A stretch of DNA of 64,000 bases. It comes from an uncultured Candidatus Peribacteria bacterium (GTDB lineage: Bacteria > Patescibacteriota > Gracilibacteria > Peribacterales > Peribacteraceae). The DNA lies in the NCBI GenBank assembly GCA_964513925.1, contig CAZENR010000007.1, forward strand, positions 2,658 through 66,657, in the 5' to 3' direction. Position 1 is the first letter of the stretch; every line of letters starts with the position of its first letter. The notes under the pieces are model-generated. The model was not told where the DNA came from. It saw only the letters and a program-made list of their open reading frames with translations, and did not search any database. Positions 60,999 through 64,000 of this stretch are shown piece after piece. The position numbers were made by a program, and so were the translations under genes.

Positions 60999-61616
60999 TT
61001 AGCAGGAAACAGCATCAACGGATTGCTCGCAGGTATCGTTGCTGCAGAAATACCAGAAGTACTTTCCGGAGCCACAGGTGACTGCTGGGCAAGTCCCGCA
61101 ACCGCCCGATTCGCTTTTGTCGTCAGGGAAGAGCGTCACATTTCCTTGGAAATGCCGGGTGTAGTCTTTTGGAACCGGTAATTTCAATCGTGCAGTGAGG
61201 TCGAAAGAAACCGTGGCGCTCACGCCGCCCACATTACGGAAGGCGAGATTGCTCATGGTGATGTCGTCACCCAACTCATACGATACGTCTTGCTTTTCTA
61301 TCATCATCAAGTCGCCGCCGCTTTGGGCGAACATAGTGGGGTGCTCGCCGTTGATTGCCATTTGCAGCACGATGATTGTTCCGCTGGCATTCGATGCGGG
61401 ATATAAAATTGTCTCTGCCCGTCGCATGCGTCTGGTCATCGACTGCAATACCTGCGTTCCGCGCTGTTCTAACGCAGCAATGCCCTGTTGGCGAACGCGT
61501 GCTTCCTGCGTGGAAAGGATGACCCCAACAATCACGGTGCCCATTATTGATAAAATCCCCAGGAACAATAGTGTTTCCACCATAGTGAAGCCGCTTCTGA
61601 TGTATCGATTCGTCAT
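60999..61616 (-). CDS. Minor pilin-like protein with Cys-rich C-terminus
   Basis: Start ATG 61616 overlaps the upstream stop (ATGA). MTNRYIRSG|FTMVETLLFLGILSIMG. The C-terminal ~36 aa SGGCGTCPAVTCGSGKYFWYFCSNDTCEQSVDAVSC carry 7 Cys. Confidence 0.75.
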   Translation of the reverse strand: MTNRYIRSGFTMVETLLFLGILSIMGTVIVGVILSTQEARVRQQGIAALEQRGTQVLQSMTRRMRRAETILYPASNASGTIIVLQMAINGEHPTMFAQSGGDLMMIEKQDVSYELGDDITMSNLAFRNVGGVSATVSFDLTARLKLPVPKDYTRHFQGNVTLFPDDKSESGGCGTCPAVTCGSGKYFWYFCSNDTCEQSVDAVSC

Positions 61617-62047
61617 GAGCAAAGCGAAAAAATGGAAACCTCCTGCCATGAGTAAATCTTTGTTTGCGGAAGCACTTCTTGGACGATGATTTCCAGCCGG
61701 CGGTAGTTTTGTCCTACGCGACCCTCTGCGCAGAGCAGGCGGTTCGTGTTTCCGGTGCCGCCTATAGTAAGCACTTCGCACTGGCCGTTGCCCAGCGTTA
61801 CGGTTTCCCCGCCGATATACGATGGATTCTCGCGTAATTTTTGCAGGGCGTATTCAGAGCATCCCTGAGCCAAGGCCATGGCCTCGGTAGATTGCTGCAC
61901 CGACAAGCTGATGTCGCTGGAAGTACTTCCTAGGAACAGGAGCGATGCCACGATAGCCGTAGCGACAGTGCCAATGATCAGAATGGTCATCAGCAGAATG
62001 TAGCCGTCGCGCTGGCGAAGGGCCGAGGTTGGCAGGCAAGGCATCAT
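61613..62047 (-). CDS. Pseudopilin-like protein (PilX/GspK-like, no Glu5)
   Basis: ATG 62047 overlaps the upstream stop (ATGA). MMPCLPTSALRQRDG|YILLMTILIIGTVATAIVASLLFL. The ORF-track start 62107 is a TTG. Confidence 0.65.
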   Translation of the reverse strand: MMPCLPTSALRQRDGYILLMTILIIGTVATAIVASLLFLGSTSSDISLSVQQSTEAMALAQGCSEYALQKLRENPSYIGGETVTLGNGQCEVLTIGGTGNTNRLLCAEGRVGQNYRRLEIIVQEVLPQTKIYSWQEVSIFSLCS

Positions 62048-63480
62048 CCTGGTCGGAAGATGAGGAAGGTGGAAGAGGTGACGGCGAATAATCTGTCGAA
62101 GTGCCAATCGTACGACAGGCCACGAATCGTTGCAGAAGCGTTGTATGTAGCCACGGTCGGCGCTTGCCCGGACGAGAACTTGGGTACATCCAGTACGCGC
62201 AGCTCATTCGGGTCGCCGCTGCTGCCGATAAAGGCATACTTCCCGCCGTAGACGCTGGCGATATCGTTGGCATCTCCGGCAATTTCCTGCGTCCAAGGTC
62301 CGGGCGGGGGAGTGGGCACCGGAGATTCGCCGATGACGTACAACACCACTTCGGAAATCGATGTTCCGGAAATTCGACCGAGCAATGCCGATGTGCCAAA
62401 TGTACTCATGGCGATGCCATCCTCGGTGCTGTCTAAGTCCATGCCCACCCCTGGTGCGTACACCAATTCTGCGGGGTCGAAAATATCGACCACCAGGAAT
62501 TCGCCGGAGTTTTTTGCATCGGCTATGTAGGCATATCCATCACTGAGGCTGATTGCCATCACGCTCCCCGTCGTCGTGAGCGAATCCAAATACGACAGCG
62601 CTCCGGTACCGCTAATTGCCAAAGAAAAGAATTCCGGGTTCCCGGGGTCTTCTGTCGCGCCGATGTACGCCGTGTCGCCATACAGCGCTACCGACCTAGC
62701 CCTACCGGACCCCGGCAAATTGTACGTACCGATGAGATTGGCGCTGGTGAGTGCGGTAGGCGATTCTATATCGTACAGCTGCACTTCCTGCGTTGCGCTG
62801 CCGGTTGCAAGCAGCAGTCCCGTACCGGAGATAGCCAGTCCGTATACCGGGCTGCCTATGCTCAGCGAGCTGGAAACACGTACCGGCGAGGACAAATTAC
62901 TGATGTCGTACACGTACAGGCCGTCGCCAGCGGATGCCGAAACATACGCGTAATTGCCCGACACGACGACTTTCTGGAACGAGGGCGATCCGCTTTGTGA
63001 TACCGTGCTCTGCAGCGAAGGACTAGCCCAGTTGCCGATGGTATACGGCTTGCGCCAGTTGGTGACGTACGTCTGCAGCGTCAACGAGCCCGAGCGCGTT
63101 TGTCCGAAATTCCATGTGACCGTGGCAGCAACTTGTTTCCAATCTGCTGACTGGTTGGTGATCGTGACGTTCGATCGATAGCCGTCGGTGCTGACAACGG
63201 AAGATCCCGTCAGCGCCCAGGCGTTGTTTACAAGTTTGACGCCGTAGGTTCCTGCCGTGAGCGAACTAAACGACACGTTGCGCATTTGGCGCACTGCTTC
63301 CAACGATTGCTCGGCAACGAATCCGGCTCGCACCCGGTCGCCTCCGGCCATGGTACTGCGTTCTCCCAGTACCAGCGAAACGCCTATACCGGCCAAGAAC
63401 AACGCGAATATACCAATGGAAACAATCGCTTCCAGTAGCAAACTTCCACGCCGCGAACGCAAACGCCATGGCAGTGCCAT
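62044..63480 (-). CDS. Prepilin-signal protein fused to an LVIVD-like beta-propeller (candidate tip adhesin)
   Basis: MALPWRLRSRRG|SLLLEAIVSIGIFALFLAG (Gly-1, Glu5), then about 6 repeats of the type YAYVSASAGDGLYVYDISNLSSP / YAYIADAKNSGEFLVVDIFDP / KYAFIGSSGDPNELRVLDVPKF. Confidence 0.75.
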   Translation of the reverse strand: MALPWRLRSRRGSLLLEAIVSIGIFALFLAGIGVSLVLGERSTMAGGDRVRAGFVAEQSLEAVRQMRNVSFSSLTAGTYGVKLVNNAWALTGSSVVSTDGYRSNVTITNQSADWKQVAATVTWNFGQTRSGSLTLQTYVTNWRKPYTIGNWASPSLQSTVSQSGSPSFQKVVVSGNYAYVSASAGDGLYVYDISNLSSPVRVSSSLSIGSPVYGLAISGTGLLLATGSATQEVQLYDIESPTALTSANLIGTYNLPGSGRARSVALYGDTAYIGATEDPGNPEFFSLAISGTGALSYLDSLTTTGSVMAISLSDGYAYIADAKNSGEFLVVDIFDPAELVYAPGVGMDLDSTEDGIAMSTFGTSALLGRISGTSISEVVLYVIGESPVPTPPPGPWTQEIAGDANDIASVYGGKYAFIGSSGDPNELRVLDVPKFSSGQAPTVATYNASATIRGLSYDWHFDRLFAVTSSTFLIFRPG

Positions 63481-63487
63481 GGATAGT

Positions 63488-63493
63488 ATTGTA
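63488..63493 (-). promoter_or_regulatory. -10 element (TACAAT) 7 nt upstream of the pilus-operon ATG
   Basis: Minus strand ...GCGTTACAATACTATCCATG. The -35 (TGGAGC at 17 nt) is weak. The geometry implies a leaderless or near-leaderless transcript. Confidence 0.35.
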
Positions 63494-63540
63494 ACGCTTC
63501 CATGTATTTTGCTCCATAACCGGTTTATGCGTTGTACAAC

Positions 63541-63570
63541 AAAAAACCCCCGGTGCTTCCGGGGGTTTTT
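63541..63570. terminator. Bidirectional terminator
   Basis: AAAAAACCCCCGG-tgctt-CCGGGGGTTTTT, downstream of the partial gene at 63591. Confidence 0.7.
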
Positions 63571-63590
63571 GTAGCCGGCGTCAGCCTGGA

Positions 63591-64000
63591 CTAATCATCG
63601 TCATCGTCGTGCCCATGGTCACGGTCGTCTTTTACGTCGTCTGCCATCATTTTCATCAACGACTTGGCACAGCCGAATCGGCGAGAGTTATCGACGTAGA
63701 AGGAGAACAAGTTACGCATTTGCGACCAGAGTGCCGGGCGGTTGCGGAAGTTGTGCACGCCGCGATCCTGAATGGCGCTGAGCAACTGCTCACAGCTGCA
63801 ACCGCGCGTATCGGCAATGGTAAAGCTACTCACCTGTGCGCGTGGGCCATAACGGAACACCGGCAAGGTGTTACCGCGACCGCGGGCGGCGGTGAGGGCA
63901 TAGCGATCGAATGACATGTACTCGGTCGGCACGCCTTCCGGGATAGCCGTTGCCGGGCAGAAGTCGTCGGAGTTCAGAACGCCGTCGCCATCGGAGTCGC
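63591..64000 (-). CDS. 3' part of a secreted-type protein with a thrombospondin-type-3-like Ca-binding repeat and a poly-acidic tail (5' end outside the window)
   Basis: The ORF-track 'M' at 63932 is a GTG. The frame stays open to the window edge: ...DSDGDGVLNSDDFCPATAIPEGVPTEYMSFDRY... (D-x-D-x-DG-x2-D-x2-D-x-CP). Ends ...MADDVKDDRDHGHDDDDD*. Confidence 0.6.
   Translation of the reverse strand, partial: DSDGDGVLNSDDFCPATAIPEGVPTEYMSFDRYALTAARGRGNTLPVFRYGPRAQVSSFTIADTRGCSCEQLLSAIQDRGVHNFRNRPALWSQMRNLFSFYVDNSRRFGCAKSLMKMMADDVKDDRDHGHDDDDD

Noticed and set aside
1-64000. CRISPR arrays, cas genes, restriction-modification, toxin-antitoxin or other recognisable defence systems, prophage genes and rRNA genes
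   Set aside because: I found no regularly spaced direct repeats, no nuclease/methylase/ATPase combinations typical of defence islands, and no phage structural or integrase genes. Absence is by visual inspection only.

Overview
The window is 64 kb, roughly mid-50s % GC by eye, gene-dense on both strands, and uses the standard code (TGA is a stop; several ATGA/TAATG start-stop overlaps).

**Content**
- Housekeeping genes: tsaC 3' end, nrdR, aspS, mfd, dnaN, pyrB, pyrC, rnj, recR, smpB, holB, secA, tsaB, nusA.
- Three RNA genes that the ORF track cannot show: tRNA-Leu(UAG), tRNA-Thr(UGU) and an RNase P RNA.
- Many envelope and glycan genes: GlmU-like enzyme, Wzx flippase, Wzm/Wzt ABC exporter, a methyltransferase/coiled-coil/double-glycosyltransferase fusion, two further GT-A enzymes, and a WbaP-type initiating transferase.
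- A prepilin peptidase and a six-gene type-IV-pilin cluster.
- A polar-lipid head-group operon.

This mix looks like a small-genome CPR/Patescibacteria-like bacterium. That assignment is inference only.

**Most interesting observations**
1. A six-gene lipid operon in which an archaeal-type CDP-archaeol-synthase (CarS/DUF46) homolog sits where CdsA would be expected. It is flanked by two CDP-alcohol phosphatidyltransferases, PgpA, an atypical Fe-ADH and an EEP-family hydrolase.
2. A prepilin-signal/LVIVD-like beta-propeller fusion heading a translationally coupled minor-pilin trio, followed by three tandem major-pilin paralogs.
3. A visibly GC-richer two-gene islet of secreted proteins next to tRNA-Thr and rnpB, split by a roughly 140-bp extremely AT-rich divergent promoter block.
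4. A WbbB/WbdD-like 'terminator, coiled-coil ruler, polymerase' candidate convergent with Wzm/Wzt.
5. A DnaA-box cluster plus AT-rich tract upstream of an AT-rich dnaN, with no dnaA adjacent.
6. A DnaQ exonuclease fused to a DinG-like helicase scaffold with degenerate ATPase motifs.
7. A recurring extended -10 TACAAT promoter grammar with several apparently leaderless genes.

**Limits**
- No searches, folding or statistics were run.
- CDS coordinates derive from ORF-track arithmetic.
- Hand-read coordinates of RNAs, hairpins and promoters may be off by 1-2 nt.
- In two display rows, near 23521 and 62041, my reading was 1 nt out of register with the ORF track, and I trusted the track.
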